This document shows positions 37,447-51,254 of a stretch of DNA of 64,000 bases, one piece after another; positions within the stretch are counted from its first letter, which is position 1; the number at the start of each line of letters is the position of its first letter. The notes under the pieces are model-generated. The model was not told the DNA's origin. It was given only the letters and a program-made list of their open reading frames with translations, and did not search any database. Source of the DNA: Mobula hypostoma (lineage: Eukaryota); NCBI RefSeq assembly GCF_963921235.1, contig NC_086118.1:19222001-19286000 (forward strand). The letters run 5' to 3'. The translations under genes were made by a program, and so were the position numbers.

Positions 37447-37750
37447 TATAGGCATCCGTTAGTCTCGTGAGACCATGGATTTGCACCTTGGAAGGTTTCC
37501 AGGGCGCAGGCCTGGGCAAGGTTGTATGGAAGACCGGCAGTTGCCCATGCTGCAAGTCTCCCCTCTCCACGCCATCGATGTTGTCCAAGGGAAGGGCATT
37601 AGGACCCATACAGCTTGGCACCGGTGTTGTCACAGAGCAATGTGTGGTTAAGTGCCTTGCTCAAGGACACAACACATTCTCTGAGCCAAGGCTCGAACTA
37701 GCGACCTTCAGATCTCTAGATGAATGCCTTAACCACTTGGCCACATGCCA
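37447..37750 (-). mobile_element. tRNA-derived SINE (second family)
   Basis: Reverse complement has GTGGCCAAGTGGTTAAGG (A box), GTTCGAGCC (B box) and GTGTCCTTGAGCAAGGCACTTAACCAC; homologous to 40788-41000. Confidence 0.75.
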
Positions 37751-38631
37751 ACACAAGCATTCATTACAGTCCAGAGTAAAGACATCCAAAGATCCACCAC
37801 CCCATGAGTGAATAAATTCAGCCTAATTTCACTTCCAAATCTCCAGCAATTATTCCTGACACATACGTGGCTCCATCTGCCCATAGTCCCACTACGCCTG
37901 GTTCTATCTCTTTCTACCAGCCCCTGTTTCAGCCCTCCCCCTCATTTCTTTATACTCTCCATCTTCGCTGCGCTCTTCGACCTTATACAGGGTCCTAACC
38001 CAAAATGTCATCCATCTCTTTGCTCACACAGATGATGCTTAGCCCACTGAAGTCCTTCAAATGTTTGTGTATTTTGCTCCAAATCCATTACTGTTAAGAT
38101 TTTTCCAAAAAGTATGCTATCATCCCCTTTCAGAATCTATATTTTTTTCAATTAGATCATCTCCGATTCTTCTAATATTGATAAAATACTGGATCATTCT
38201 GTTTATTTTTCCTTATTTGATAATATTCTAATTTTGGAAAAGAATTTAATGAATAGAAACTCAAAATGCTGGAGATACTCAGAAAGTCAGGCAGCGTCTG
38301 TGGAAAAGGACAGAGCTGTCTGACCTACTTCTGCCCCTATATCGTATGTAACACTCCTTGAACCCCATTTGGCTGACAGTTCAAACCCAATCGGCTCCAA
38401 TCAGCAACAACACAAAAGTGTAGTATAATGGATAGTTAATCCAAAACAAAAACACAAAATGAAGGGACACTCAGCAGCCACCTTCCATGTAGATGGAAAA
38501 AACTAAATTCAATGAGCTTTAGTCAGAACTTTATAAGGTTTAAATTTACTGACCTCACTGGTTTGGAATATGTAGGCATTGAATATAACAAGGAGCCAAT
38601 TCTTCAATTTGTATTTATACTGATTACAATG

Positions 38632-39187
38632 ACCTTCATCAAGCACCACTGCTCCATCTGCCAGAAGCCGAACATCCCTGTTGACAAGTGTTTTAATTCC
38701 ATTTCCCATTCCCATTCTGACTTGTCTATCCATCTTATGCAAAGATGAAGCGACCCTTAGAGTGGAGGAACAACAGCTTGTATTCTGTTTTGGTAGCCTC
38801 CAAACTGAAGGTATAAATATTGATTTCTCCTTCTGGAAAAAAAAATTCCCTCTCCCTCCCCTCTTCTTCTATTCTGCACTGTGGCCTCTTACATCTCCTC
38901 GCCTGCCTATCACCTCCCCTTCCCTTCCTCCTACCCTTTCTCCTATGGCCGCTCTCCTCTCCTATCAGATTCCTTCCTCTCCAGCACTTTATCTGTCCTA
39001 CACACCTGGTTTCACCTATCACTTTCTAGTTATCCTCCATCCCCTCCCCCACCTTTTATTCCGGCACCTTCCCCCTTCCTTTTCAGTCCTGAAGAAGGTT
39101 CTTGGCCCGAAACATTAACTGTTTATTCACTTCCATAGGTGCTGCCTGACCTGCTGAGTTCCTCCAGCATTTTGTGTGTGTTGCTTT
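38632..39187 (+). mobile_element. Neptune-type PLE 3' fragment with hammerhead motif (39085-39120)
   Basis: CKDEATLRVEEQQLVFCFGSLQTEGINIDFS; AGTCCTGAAGAAGGTTCTTGGCCCGAAACATTAACT. Confidence 0.8.
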
Positions 39188-39844
39188 AAATTATACATAA
39201 ACTATTCAAGAATTATACGTGAATGAACAGTATCAGAACAAAATAAAAATTCATGATAGTGCAAAACAGTCAATGTGCTCATGATATTGCTATGCTGAGA
39301 CAGTGACTAGGCTTGGGCAAGTTGGTTCAAGAACTGAATGTTTAAGGGAAGTAGATGATCTATAAGCTGGTGGTGTGGAACTGCAGACATCTGTACCTTC
39401 TGTCTGATGATGGTTGTGATAAGAAGACGTCCTGAGGCAACAGTTCATGTACGTTTGATGGTGGATAGGGATGAGTCCATAATTTGTAGGGGAATTCCAC
39501 AACTCTCTGCAGCTTCTTACATTCTTAGTCAGTTGAATTGTTGTAGCAGACAATGATGCCAATGGTTGAGATACTTTCAACAGCACATTCATCAAAGTAC
39601 AAAATCTGCAGGTATAAAATTAATTTTCTGCTTTATTACATTCAGTGTTGGTGGGGTGTCATAGTTGGATATGAAGAGAATTTGCATATTATTAGAAAAT
39701 TACCTTGATGTTAAGTATCTTAGTGGGTTAAAGGTAGTTAGATTTCATTCGTTTTCATGCGGTCCTGCATTTTCCGAGCTTGTGCCCAAGGTCCATCCTT
39801 CCAGGCAGAACTGATTGTTGGACATGCCTGATGTTTCCAACTCC

Positions 39845-40075
39845 AGGATGAAGGAGTCATTTGTGCTATTTGGAAACATAATATTCACCAAATGTAAGTT
39901 CCTCTCATGTTCCACAACTACCTGTACATTGGAGGAGTAGAACTCTGCACTGTTGGTAAAAAGAGATGATGTATTAATGGAGAAGTCTTATGGATACATG
40001 ACTACAGTAATTGTAATTGTCTGCCTGCACCTGCGGGAAGCCAGCAATGATGGCAAATCCCAATGTGGAAGATGC
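39845..40075 (-). pseudogene. Harbinger/PIF transposase fossil fragment
   Basis: Minus strand translates GFAIIAGFPQVQ...CSHVSI...FYSSNVQVVVEH...VNIMFPNSTNDSFIL, matching the Harbinger pattern GFPxVxGxIDCTH...SxNVQxVCD...PGSxHDSxI. Confidence 0.6.
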
Positions 40076-40191
40076 CGTATTGTTGGTGTTGAAATCAAAG
40101 TAAATGAAATCACTTCTTCATGAGTATAATATTGGGTGACCATTCTGCTGGAAATACTCAGCAGGTCAGGCTGCAGCAGGAGAGAACAGAA

Positions 40192-40788
40192 AGACATTTG
40201 CACACAAGTACATAGTTCCCTGAGAATGGTACCACCAGTAGACAGAGTGGTGAAGAAGGTGTTGTGTTTAGTTTCAGAATTGAGACGTAATATTGTCATT
40301 GTCTAAGCTATTTGTCAGATGCATTTGGAATATTGAGTACAGTTTTGGTTACCCTGTAATAGGAAATATGTCACTAAGGTGGAAAGAGTGCAAAGAGAAT
40401 GAGGATGTTGCCAGGACTTAAGAGCCTGAGTTATAGGCAGACTGACTTTATTCTATGGAGTATAAGAATCTGAGAGGTGACCTTATATTTTTGTACAAAA
40501 TCAGGAGGGGGCATAGATAGGGTGAATCCAAACAATTATTTTCCTGGGGAAAGGGAACCAAAAACCAGATGTCATAGGTTTAAGGTGAGGAGGAAAGATT
40601 TAAAAGGCACTTTAGCAATAACACCTCCACACAGCATGGTGCATATATGGAACATGCTGCCAGAGGAAGTGGCTGAGGCAGGTAGAATAAAACGTGTGAA
40701 AAACATTTGAACACTTACAGTACATAGGTAGGAAAGATTTAGAGGAATATAGGTACAACCTAGGCAAATGGGACTAGCTTAGATGGGC
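40192..40788 (+). mobile_element. CR1 3' fragment, decayed
   Basis: HLEY..QFW, VHIWNMLPEEV and CR1-type 3' UTR. Confidence 0.7.
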
Positions 40789-41000
40789 ACGTGGCCAAGT
40801 GGTTAGGGCGCTCGTCTAGTTACCTCAAGGTTGCTAGTTCGAGCCTCAGCTGTGGCAGCGTGTTTGTGTCCTTGAGCAAGGCACTTAATCACACATTGCT
40901 CTAGTCTGTGCGAGGAGTGGCGCCCACACAGACTTCCAATCTGTGCCTTGTAAGGCATGAAAATGCCTGATGCAGGCCTCTCATGGTCTGAGTCGACGTT
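40788..41000 (+). mobile_element. tRNA-derived SINE, 3'-truncated
   Basis: GTGGCCAAGTGGTTAGGGCG (A box), GTTCGAGCC (B box), GTGTCCTTGAGCAAGGCAC. Confidence 0.75.
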
Positions 41001-41068
41001 CCCCTTAGATGGGCAACTTGATCGACATGAACAACTGGGCCAAAGGACCTGCTTCCATGACTCTAGGA

Positions 41069-41807
41069 CAGGGGTCCCCAACCTTTTTTGCACCGCGGAC
41101 CGGTTTAATATCGACAATATTCTTGCGGACCGACCGACTGGGTGGGGGTGTTCAAGTAGGGTTAAACTCACCTCAACATGTCTTTTACAGCTAGGGTTGT
41201 CAACTTTCTCACTTCCAAATAAGGGACAAAAGTAGCAGTCAAATATGGGACACTTGGGTTTACCCCGAGAAAGACTACCATGACCATGAAACCTTGCGCG
41301 GGCACCTCTGTGCACAACACCGATATTTTTCCACAAATCGGTTTTGGCTTAATCTTCCCGACTATACCGTACATGCATTATTTCTACTTTATATAGGCTG
41401 TGTTTTTATCATATCATTCCTGCTTTTACTATATGTTAGTGATATTTTAGGTTTTATGTGTTATTTGGTATGATTTGGTAGGTTATTTTATGAGTCTGGG
41501 AACGCCCAAAAATTTTTCCCATATAAATTAATGGTAATTGCTTCTTCACTTTATGCCATTTTGGCACGAACGGTTTCATAGGAACGCTCTACCTTAGCAG
41601 GGGAAATACCGGACAAGGGCTGTCCCATATGGGACAAACCAATTTAGCCCAGTATACGGGATGTCCCGGCAACTACGGGACAGTTGGCAACCCTATGTTC
41701 AAGTTCAACAGTGCGTGACAGGGAATGAGGAAAGGTGCAGCTGACTCATATCGTTTTCTCACGGCCCGGTAGCACATGGTTTGCGGCCCGGTGGTTGGGG
41801 ACCGCTG
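41069..41807. mobile_element. hAT (Charlie-like) MITE
   Basis: TIRs CAGGGGTCCCCAACC / GGTTGGGGACCGCTG; perfect 8-bp TSD CTCTAGGA (41061-41068, 41808-41815). Confidence 0.92.
41157..41695. mobile_element. Second hAT MITE nested in the first
   Basis: TAGGGTT...AACCCTA termini; perfect 8-bp TSD TGTTCAAG (41149-41156, 41696-41703); subterminal ATACGGGA/ATATGGGA-type repeats. Confidence 0.82.
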
Positions 41808-42164
41808 CTCTAGGAAGATAAACAGGGTTAACATTTCTTAGGATGTCATCAGAGTGGAGGGCCTTTGACCTGAATTATCCATCGATGTGTCCTGACCTGC
41901 TGAGTACTTGGAGCAGTCTCTTTAACATACTGAACGTCTCTGTGGCGCCTTTTTGGCTGTGAAATTGTGACGGATATTTAATTATTTAAAAACTATTAGA
42001 AGTCAAGGAAGTAATTTAAATATTTTCAATTATTTTAAAATCATTAACTATTTAAAATTATTTTAAAAAGCAAACGTAACTATGAACACTTAAAGGCACA
42101 AATTGAAAATATAAAACTAAAGTTAAACAATTTTAAAGGAGTAACTCCTCTTGCATTACCAGGT

Positions 42165-42970
42165 TTCCGGTTTAATATCACCAGCATATGTCATGAAATT
42201 TGTTGTCTTTTCAGCAGCAGTACAATGCAATCTATATTAATAGAGAAAAAATAATGTGATTTACATTAGGTATGTACAGTATATACAATCAATAGTTAAA
42301 TTACTTTAAATAAGTAGTGCAAAAATAGAAATAAAAAAGTAGTGAGGTAGTGTTCATTGGTTCTATGTTCATTCAGAAATTGGATGGCGGAGGGGAAAAA
42401 GCCGTTCCTGAATCATTGAGTGTGCACCTTCAGGCTCCTGTACCTCCTCCTTGATGGTAGCAATGAGAACAGGACATGTCCTGGGTGATCGAGGTCCTTA
42501 ATGATGGAAGCCACTTTTTTGAGGCATTGCTCCTTGAAGATATACTGGATACTACAGAGGCTAGTGCCCATGATGGAGCTTACTAAGTTTAAAAGTCTGT
42601 GCAGCTTATTTTGATCCTGTGCAGCACCCCCCCACCACCACCACCCCTGTATCAGACGGTGGTGCAGCCAGTCAGAATGCTCTCTACGGTACATCTGTTG
42701 AAATCAGCAAGAGTCTTTGGTGACATATGAGTTCTCTTCAGGTTTATCATGAAATGTAGCTGCTGTCGTGCCTTCTTTGTAGCAGCATCATTACGTTGGG
42801 CCCAGGGTAGAGATATTGACATCCAGAAACTTAAGATTGCTCACTCTTTCCATTGCTGATCTATCGATGAGGACTGAAGTATGTTCCCTCATCTTACCCT
42901 TTCTGAAGTCTGCAAACAGTTCTTTGGTCTTACTGACACTGAGTGCAAGGTGTGTTGCTGTGACATCAGA
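42165..42970 (-). mobile_element. Rex/Babar-like LINE 3' part
   Basis: SVSKTKELFADFRKG and IIKDLDHPGHVLFSLLPSRRRYRSL; homologous to 33470-33985. Confidence 0.8.
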
Positions 42971-44404
42971 CACTGGATCTGGGAGTTTGGCTTAATGAAA
43001 TTTAAAATCATGGCTTCTGAATGAGCCTCCGTAAAAGTTGCCTGTATTCTGATCCTTCTCAATCTATATGTTTGGGATACAGCATAAACTAGCAAAGTCC
43101 AGTTCATTGTAATGATAATGGAAAATCTTCAATGTGACTCAGTCAGATCTAGGAGTGATTCATTCTCATCCTGACCTTTGCAGATCTGGTATTACTGGTG
43201 ATCCAGTGGAGACTTACATGCTCAGAATCTTTCAGAGGTTTTATTTGGATGCCTATTCCATTCTATTCGAACTTCAACACCTAAGCTTTAGGTTTACAAC
43301 TAAGTTAGCAAATAGATATTGGAATTGCTTTTCAGTCGTATAATTTATGGACTAACTAATGGGGGCAGACAAGCTTTGTACTCAGAATGAATGTAACTTG
43401 AATAAAATAGTGAAATAAATTGAGTTACACAATGAAAATTTATTTGTATCCATGCTTTACCGAAATGCACAATGCTAAAGTTATGACACATTGATAAAGC
43501 CTAATATCTTTGTCAGAAAACATACTTATGTTTCTATTATGCCTGATGATAAGATTAAACAAAACAGGAATTTTTTGCTCATCATACCTATTGTGCACAT
43601 TCCTTGGTTTATCATTTAGAATTACTCTTTCACTATCTCCCAGTTTCATTTACTGAGAGACTTAATCCTTTGAGTTTACTGTTATAAAGAAATGCATGCA
43701 AGATCAATCAAGGTCATGTGGGTTCTTCTCAGTTGTATGCCTATATGTCATTTATTATCTCAAAAATAGATGACTATCCTTGAGATCTGACATTCTTCAT
43801 TATTTTAAAACAGCTATCCTATGGTGCAATACGGAAACTATGTGACACTTCTCATTTTACTTGTCAGTCCCCTGTGGTTAATGCAGTATCATAAGGCATC
43901 TCACATCTGACAACTAATGATTAGCATTAAAACATACTTAATGAATGTCCAGTGCTAAGTCTGAAGTCAAGCCAGTTTTATTGACTTTCCATTTACAAAT
44001 CATAATTATAGAACACAAAGAAACAAGATGAACAAGCATGGTTCAAGATGACAACTCAGAACTTGGGTGGATTATAACAGTAATCTCCCTAAGATTAGCG
44101 GAAGAGATTCCAAATTAATTAAATGCTACAAGGCTTAGTCTGACAACCATTAGAGAAAGACCATATGATAATATTTGGTAGGCTTTGGTCTTTCTATGCA
44201 CCTATCAGATCTTCATCCAATTTGTTTGTGCATAACTTCTTTGATAAAAAGGATCACAAGTCTTCACTTAAATGAAATAATTTGTTTGGAAGTTACTACC
44301 GATAATAGAGTAGGAATTGAATGTTTTAGCATTTTATTAGTTTAATTGATGAAGACCTGACTTCTATTAAAAATAATAGCAACAGCATAGGAACACGACC
44401 ACCT

Positions 44405-44706
44405 GGAAGTACCCCTCTAGCCCTTTATTTCTTCCATTTATCCCAGCATCTCTCTTCAACTCCCTGCCCCATCCACCTCCATCCCTCTCACCTAGTTTCA
44501 CATATCACCTGCCGGTTTGTACTGCTTCCTTTCCCCTTACCTTCTTCTGGCTTCTTCCCCCTTCTTTCCAGTCCTGATGACAGGGTCTCAGCCTGAAATA
44601 TTGAGTACTTATTCACCTCCACAGATGATTCCTGATCTGCTAAGTTCCTCCAGAATTTTGTGTGTGTTGCTCCGAATTTCTAGCATCTGCAAATCTCTTG
44701 TGTTTA
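44405..44706 (+). mobile_element. PLE 3' fragment with degenerate hammerhead (44570-44605)
   Basis: AGTCCTGATGACAGGGTCTCAGCCTGAAAT...GCATCTGCAAATCTCTTGTGTTT terminus. Confidence 0.72.
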
Positions 44707-45165
44707 CTGAATGGTGAATCAAGTGCAAGAGGACAAATGGCCTACTCTACTCCATTTGTTATTTTCTTACTTTCAAGAGCAAGGAACGTGAAATCATTAG
44801 TTTTAAAATTGTCATTAACACTGTGAACAGACAGCTTGGAATACATTGGCATTGGGAATGGCTGACCAAACAAAGCATATCTCATTATGAGACATTTTGT
44901 TCAATATTTGATGAGAAAGGAGAGTTTTGGCTATTCTAGAAAAGAAAATTCTATGGATTAACTGTTCTTCTTCTGAAATGTAAATCTTTATGACTCTAAG
45001 TCCTGACACATTGTGCTATTTGATTGATTTTAGGAAAAAGAGAAACTAAGTGATAAAATCACATATGGAATATTCTGTAATATGTCAAGTCCCCTGCATT
45101 ATTAGGCTCAGTAAAATGTAAAATAGGGTTAGTCCATGATATAAAACTCATAAAGAATTATTATT

Positions 45166-45815
45166 TAGAGTCATAGAACAATACAGCACTGAGAAACAGG
45201 CCTTTTGTCCCATCTAGTCCATGCTGAACAATTTAATCCGCCTACACCCATCAAGCTGCACCAGGATCATACTCCTCAATAACTCTACCAGCCACGTACC
45301 TATTCAAACCTCTGTTAAACATTGAAATCAACCTTACATGCACTACTTGTGCTGGTTGCTCGTTCCCCACTCTCACAATCCTCTTTGTGAAGAAGTTTTC
45401 CCTCATGTTCCCCTTAAGCTGTTTACCTTTCACCCTTAACCAATGACCTCTGGTTGTAGTTCCACCCATTCTCAGTGGAAAAAAAACTACATGCATTTAT
45501 CCTATCTATACTCCTCATAATTTTGTATACTATCAAATCTCCTCTCAGTCTTCTGCATTCCGAGGAATAAAGTCCTAACCTATTCAATCTTTCCTTATAA
45601 CGCAGGTCCTCCAGACCCGGCAATATATTTATAAATTTTCTCTGTACTTTTTCAACCGTATTTACATATTTCCTGCAGGTTTTAGTGAACAAAACTGCAC
45701 ACGATACTTCAAATTAGGCCTCACCAATGTTTTCTACAACTTCAGCATAACATCCCATCTTCTGTACTCAGTGCCTTGATTTACGCAGGCCAATGTGCCA
45801 AAAGCTTTTCTTACA
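45166..45815 (-). mobile_element. CR1 3' fragment
   Basis: EKVQRKF..ILPGLEDLRYKERLNRLGLYS; homologous to 330-958. Confidence 0.82.
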
Positions 45816-46965
45816 AACATAATTTCTTTATAATTGCTTTCATAGGCAGAAAGACTTAATATTGGACTTTAAATCATAAAACCATATAATTACCTCAATT
45901 TAAAAATAGCGTTTTATTAATAAGAAATTATTTCAAAAAAACAAAAATGAATGAACATGCAAATAACAAATCCATCTGGGAAGAGGAAATGGAAGAAATT
46001 AATTTCCTCGAGTGTTAGATGATGTAATGGAAACAGTAAATGCAAATCTATGTCAATTAGTTCCATGATAACCAGTGCAGATGAACAGCCATTTAAAAAA
46101 GTAACTGAAGTACAGCTGTAATCAAATACTTTGCATAAAACTATGGTTGCCATCTTTAGCCATAGCAACTGTTTTGGTAGATATGCACTAAGCATCACAC
46201 CCTGGGCTTGGGTGACACAAATCCGTTAAGAATATAAGAATGTATGAAAAAAAAATGTGTTCCTTTCAGCAGTTGATAGGATAATCTGTAATTGATCAAG
46301 CCTGAATAATAGAGATTGCAATTTTAGATAGCACTCAAAGATTTTTCATTCAATTATCTTTAGGGATCAGAAAGAGGCAGAGCAAAATATTATCTACTTT
46401 AGAGTTTTACCTCTGGTTATTCACCTCCCTCAGGATGTGAGCTTAGACTTTTGCTGTGAAAACAATTTATGTCTTGTTATCGTGAATAGTTGTGAATGGC
46501 TTTTTCTAAACCACAAATTCTGATTCTATAAACCTATGACTGATTCTCCTCTAAACTGAATACATGACAAAATATTATCTTTTAGTCACCTGTCATCTCT
46601 CAAGGACCTGTTATGTTAAAATCTTTGGAACACCGATCTGTGTGAATCATTGTTCAAACTCTACTATCAGTTTTCATTTCAAATTACATATTCTCTCATT
46701 TAAATCTCTTCAATAAAACATTTCAGCATAAGGAGACAAAGGCAAAGGTGGACAGACCCCCACCTATAATGCAGTTGGAAAGGCACAAACTTTAATCCTG
46801 ACAATTCTTTAGATAAATGCTGAATTTATCATCTGTTACTACTTAACATCCATAGTTTCAGAATGGTATTTTCCCTTTTATACATGAATTTTATCTGCTG
46901 GGGTTACCATGTAAAATAAATTGACAAAAGCTGGGGTGAAAGTTTCCTTAATCTATATATAATTG

Positions 46966-48731
46966 ATTATGGGGAGCAAGGACATGGCAGACCAATTGAA
47001 TAATTACTTTGGTTCTGTCTTCACTAAGGAGGACATAAATGATCTTCCACAAATAGTAGGGGACAGAGGGTCCAGTGAGATGGAAGAACTGAGAGAAATA
47101 CATGTTAGTAGGGAAGTGGTGTTGGGTAAATTGAAGGGATTGAAGGCAGATAAATCCCCAGGGCCAGATGGTCTGCATCCTAGAGTGCTTAAGGAAGTAG
47201 CCCAAGAAATAGTGGATGCATTAGTGATAATTTTTCAAAACTCGTTAGATTCTGGACTAGTTCCTGAGGATTGGAGGGTGGCTAATGTAACCCCACTTTT
47301 TAAAAAAGGAGGGAGAGAGAAACCGGGGAGTTATAGACCGGTTAGCCTAACGTTGGTGGAAGGGATACTACTGGAGTCAGTTATCAAAGATGTGATAACA
47401 GCACATTTGGAAAGCGGTGAAATCATCGGACAAAGTCAGCATGGATTTGTGAAAGGAAAATCATGTCTGACGAATCTCATAGAATTTTTTGAGGATGTAA
47501 CTAGTAGAGTGGATAGGGGAGAACCAGTGGATGTGGTATATTTGGATTTTCAAAAGGCATTTGACAAGGTCTCACACTGGAGATTAGTGTGCAAACTTAA
47601 AGCACACGGTATTGGGGGTAAGGTATTGATGTGGATGGAGAATTGGTTAGCAGACAGGAAGCAAAGAGTGGGAATAAACGGGCACTTTTCAGAATGGCAG
47701 GCGGTGACTAGTGGGGTACTGCAAGGCTCAGTGCTGGGACCCCAGTTGTTTACAATATATATTAATGACTTGGATGAGGGAATTAAATGCAGCATCTCCA
47801 AGTTTGCGGATGACACGAAGCTGGGTGGCAGTGTTAGCTGTGAGGAGGATGCTAAGAGGATGCAGAGCGACTTGGATAGGTTGGGTGAGTGGGCAAATTC
47901 ATGGCAGATGCAATTTAATGTGGATAAATGTGAAGTTATCCACTTTGGTGGCAAAAATAGGAAAACAGATTATTATCTGAATGGTGGCCGATTAGGAAAA
48001 GGAGAGGTGCAATGAGACCTGGGTGACATTATACACCAGTCATTGAAAGTGGGCATGCAGGTACAGCAAGCGGTGAAAAAGGCGAATGGTATGCTGGCAT
48101 TTATAGCGAGAGGATTTGAGTACAGGAGCAGGAAGGTACTACTGCAGTTGTACAAGGCCTTGGTGAGACCACACCTGCAGTATTGTTTGCAGTTTTAGTC
48201 CCCTAATCTGAGGAAAGACATCCTTGCCATAGAGGGAGTACAAAGAAGGTTCACCAGATTGATTCCTGGGATGGCAGGGCTTTCACATGAAGAAAGACTG
48301 GATGAACTGGGCTTGTACTCGTTGGAATTTAGAAGATTGAGGGGAGATCTGATTGAAACGTATAAAATCCTAAAGGGATTGGACAGGCTAGATGCAGGAA
48401 GATTGTTCCCGATGTTGGGGAAGTCCAGAACAAGCGGTCACAGTTTGAGGATAAAGGGGAATCCTTTTAGGACCGAGATTAGGAAAAACTTCTTCACACA
48501 GAGTGGTGAATCTGTGGAATTCTCTGCCACAGGAAACAGTTGAGGCCAGTTCATTGGCTATATTTAAGAGGGAGTTAGATATGGCCCTTGTGGCTACGGG
48601 GATCAGGGGGTATGGAGGGAAGGCTGGGGCGGGGTTCTGAGTTGGATGATCAGCCATGATCATAATAAATGGCGGTGCAGGCTCGAAGGGCCGAATGGCC
48701 TACACTGCACCTATTTTCTATGTTTCTATGT
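46966..48731 (+). mobile_element. Young 5'-truncated CR1 with open RT domain
   Basis: 350-aa ORF with KSPGPDGLHP, YRPVSL, QHGFVKGKSC, YLDFQKAFD, GVLQGSVLGP and KFADDTKL; stops at 48013 and 48196; (TTCTATGT)n tail. Confidence 0.95.
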
Positions 48732-48869
48732 TTGTATATATAGTGGTCCCAACCAGAGAGCGAATGATAGTGGATCTCCTAGCAGGTAACGAGACAGGGC
48801 AGGTGACAGGAGTGTGTGTAGGGGAACAGTTTGGACTTGGAGGTCACCCACATCGACCTAACGAACCTA

Positions 48870-50232
48870 GGAAGAAAGGAAATTAAAGGCCAGCTGGCCT
48901 AACCTCAGTGGTTGGGAAAGTGTTGGAGTCTATTATTAAGGATGAGGTTTCAAGGTACTTAGAGACTAAAGATAAAATAAGTCAAAGTCAGCATGATTTC
49001 CGTAAAGGGAATTCTTGCCTGACAAATCTTTTAGAGTTCTTCGAGGAAGTTACAAGCAGCGTGGACAAAGGAGAGGCAATAGATGGCAAACATGAGGCTG
49101 CTTAACAAGATAAAATCCTATGGCTTTCCAGGAAAAATACTGCCATGGACGATGGAATGGCTGACAGGCAGGAGGCAGCGAGTGGAAATAAAAGGGGCCT
49201 TTTTCTGGTTGGCTGCTGCTAACAAGTGATGCTCCTCAGTGGTCGGTATTGGGACTGCTGCTTTTCATATTGTTTGTCAATGATTTAGATAATGGAATTG
49301 ATGGCTTTGTGGCAAAGTTTGCGGATGATACGAAGATAGGCAGAGGGGTAGATAGTGCTGAGGAAACCATGCAAATGCAGAAGGAGTTAGAAAAATTGGA
49401 AGAATGGGCAAAAAGTGGCTGATGGGATACAGTGTTGGGAAATTCATGATAATGCATTTTGGTAGAAGGAACAATAGTGTGTGCTATCATCTAAACGGGG
49501 AGAAGGTTCAAATAACAGAGGTGCAGAGGGACTTGGGGTCCTCGTGCAAGATTCCCAGGATGTTAAATTACAGCTTGAGTCTGTGGTAAGGAAGGCAAAT
49601 GCAGTGTTGGCATTTATTTCAAGGGGAATAGAATATAAAAGCAAGGAGATAATGCTGAGCCTTTATAAGACACTAGTCAGGCCGCACTTAAAGTATTGTC
49701 AACAGTTTTGGGCCCCATATCTCAGAGAGGATGTGTTGTCATAGGAGAGAGCCCAGAGGAGGTTCATGAGGATGATTCCAGGAATGAAGGGATTAATATA
49801 TGGGAAAATTTAGTAGCTTTGGGCCTGTACTCACTGGAATTTAGAAGAATGCAGGGGGAATCTCATTGAAACGTATTGAATGCTGAAAAGTCGATAGTGT
49901 GGTTGTGGAAAGGATGTTTCCTATGGTGGGGGTATTCAGAACTAGAAGGCATAGCGTCAAAATTGAGGGGCGACCCTTTAGACCAGAGGTAAAGAGGAAT
50001 TTTTTTTTAGCCAGAGGGAGCCAGAGGAATGCTTTGGCACAGACTGCAGCGGAAGCCAATCCAGGAGCATATTTAAGGCGGAAGTTGATGGTTTCCTGAT
50101 CAATCAGGGCATCAAAGGACATGGTGAAAAAGTATGAGGTTGAGTGGAATGTGGGATCAGCTGTGATGGAACAGTGGAGCAGAATCAATGGGCTGAATAG
50201 CCTAATTATGCTCCTATGTCTTATGGTCTTAT
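48870..50232 (+). mobile_element. Older CR1 RT/3' part, lying between pieces of another CR1 (about 48735-48845 and 50245-50655)
   Basis: SQHDFRKGNSCLTNLLEFFE, KFADDTK and LYKTLVRPHL; (TCTTATGG)n tail. Confidence 0.82.
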
Positions 50233-51254
50233 TATCCCATTAGTTTGAAGATAATTATGGAGAAGGATAGGACTGATCCTTAGGTTGAGATTCTAAACTG
50301 GAGAAAGGCCAATTTTGATGGCATCAGAAAGGATCCGGCAAGTGTGGATTTATTTTTTTATGGCAAAGGGATGCTTGGTAAGTGGGAAACCTTCAAAAAG
50401 TGAAATGTTAGGAATACAGAGCTTGTATGTTTCTGTTAGAATAAAAAGCAAGGCTAACAGTTTTAGGGTACTTTGCTGAGTCCCTGGTTAAGAAGAAGAA
50501 AGAGGTGCATAGTAGGTATAACAGCAAGGAATAAATGAGACACTTATGGAATAAAGAAATGCAAGAGAACACTTAAGAGGAAAATCAGGAAGGCGAGAAG
50601 AAAGCTTGAACTTGCTATGACAGACAGGGTGAATGAAAATCCCAAGGGTTATGCCACAGTTCCAAATTTCCAATAACTATGAAATACATTAAGATTGCAA
50701 ATACATGTATACAATATTTAACTTGACTCTTTGAAAATAGTCAGAAGTAAATCCCAGTGTACATTCTTACATATAATGAAAAATGCTTAGTACCATACTT
50801 TGTAGCTTTATACCAAAAAATGTCAGTTTTGACCAGGAGAGCTGGGAATTAATTACTTAGGAAAGTGAGGGGTTCTTGGTTTTGAAACTACCCTGGAGCT
50901 CCAGGGAAAAGAAACAGTTGTAAGGCCAATGTTTAACAGAAAGCTCATGATCTTAGGAACAGATGGTGGAGTGGAAAGCACACAAGAGGTCCAGCAATTA
51001 GTTGACACTCCTGACATGCACTGATTTTTCAGCACTGACATAGCAATCTATAGCTCAGGCACCTGAGCTCCATTGTCTGAAAGCAAGAAGCAATGATGAT
51101 CTTTTCAGGGAGGCAGTCAGTGACCACTGGAAGGAACACTTAAAAGAACTTCTCAAACATGGCTCTGTCTTTGAAATTGATCTTTTGATTCCATTTCACA
51201 GCAGATTATCTGGTCCATCATTGCTACCACCATGACTGATGAGAAGTTGAAAAG

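Noticed and set aside
40788..40860. tRNA gene
   Set aside because: The A and B boxes continue into a SINE body shared with 37447-37750, and I could not build a complete cloverleaf.
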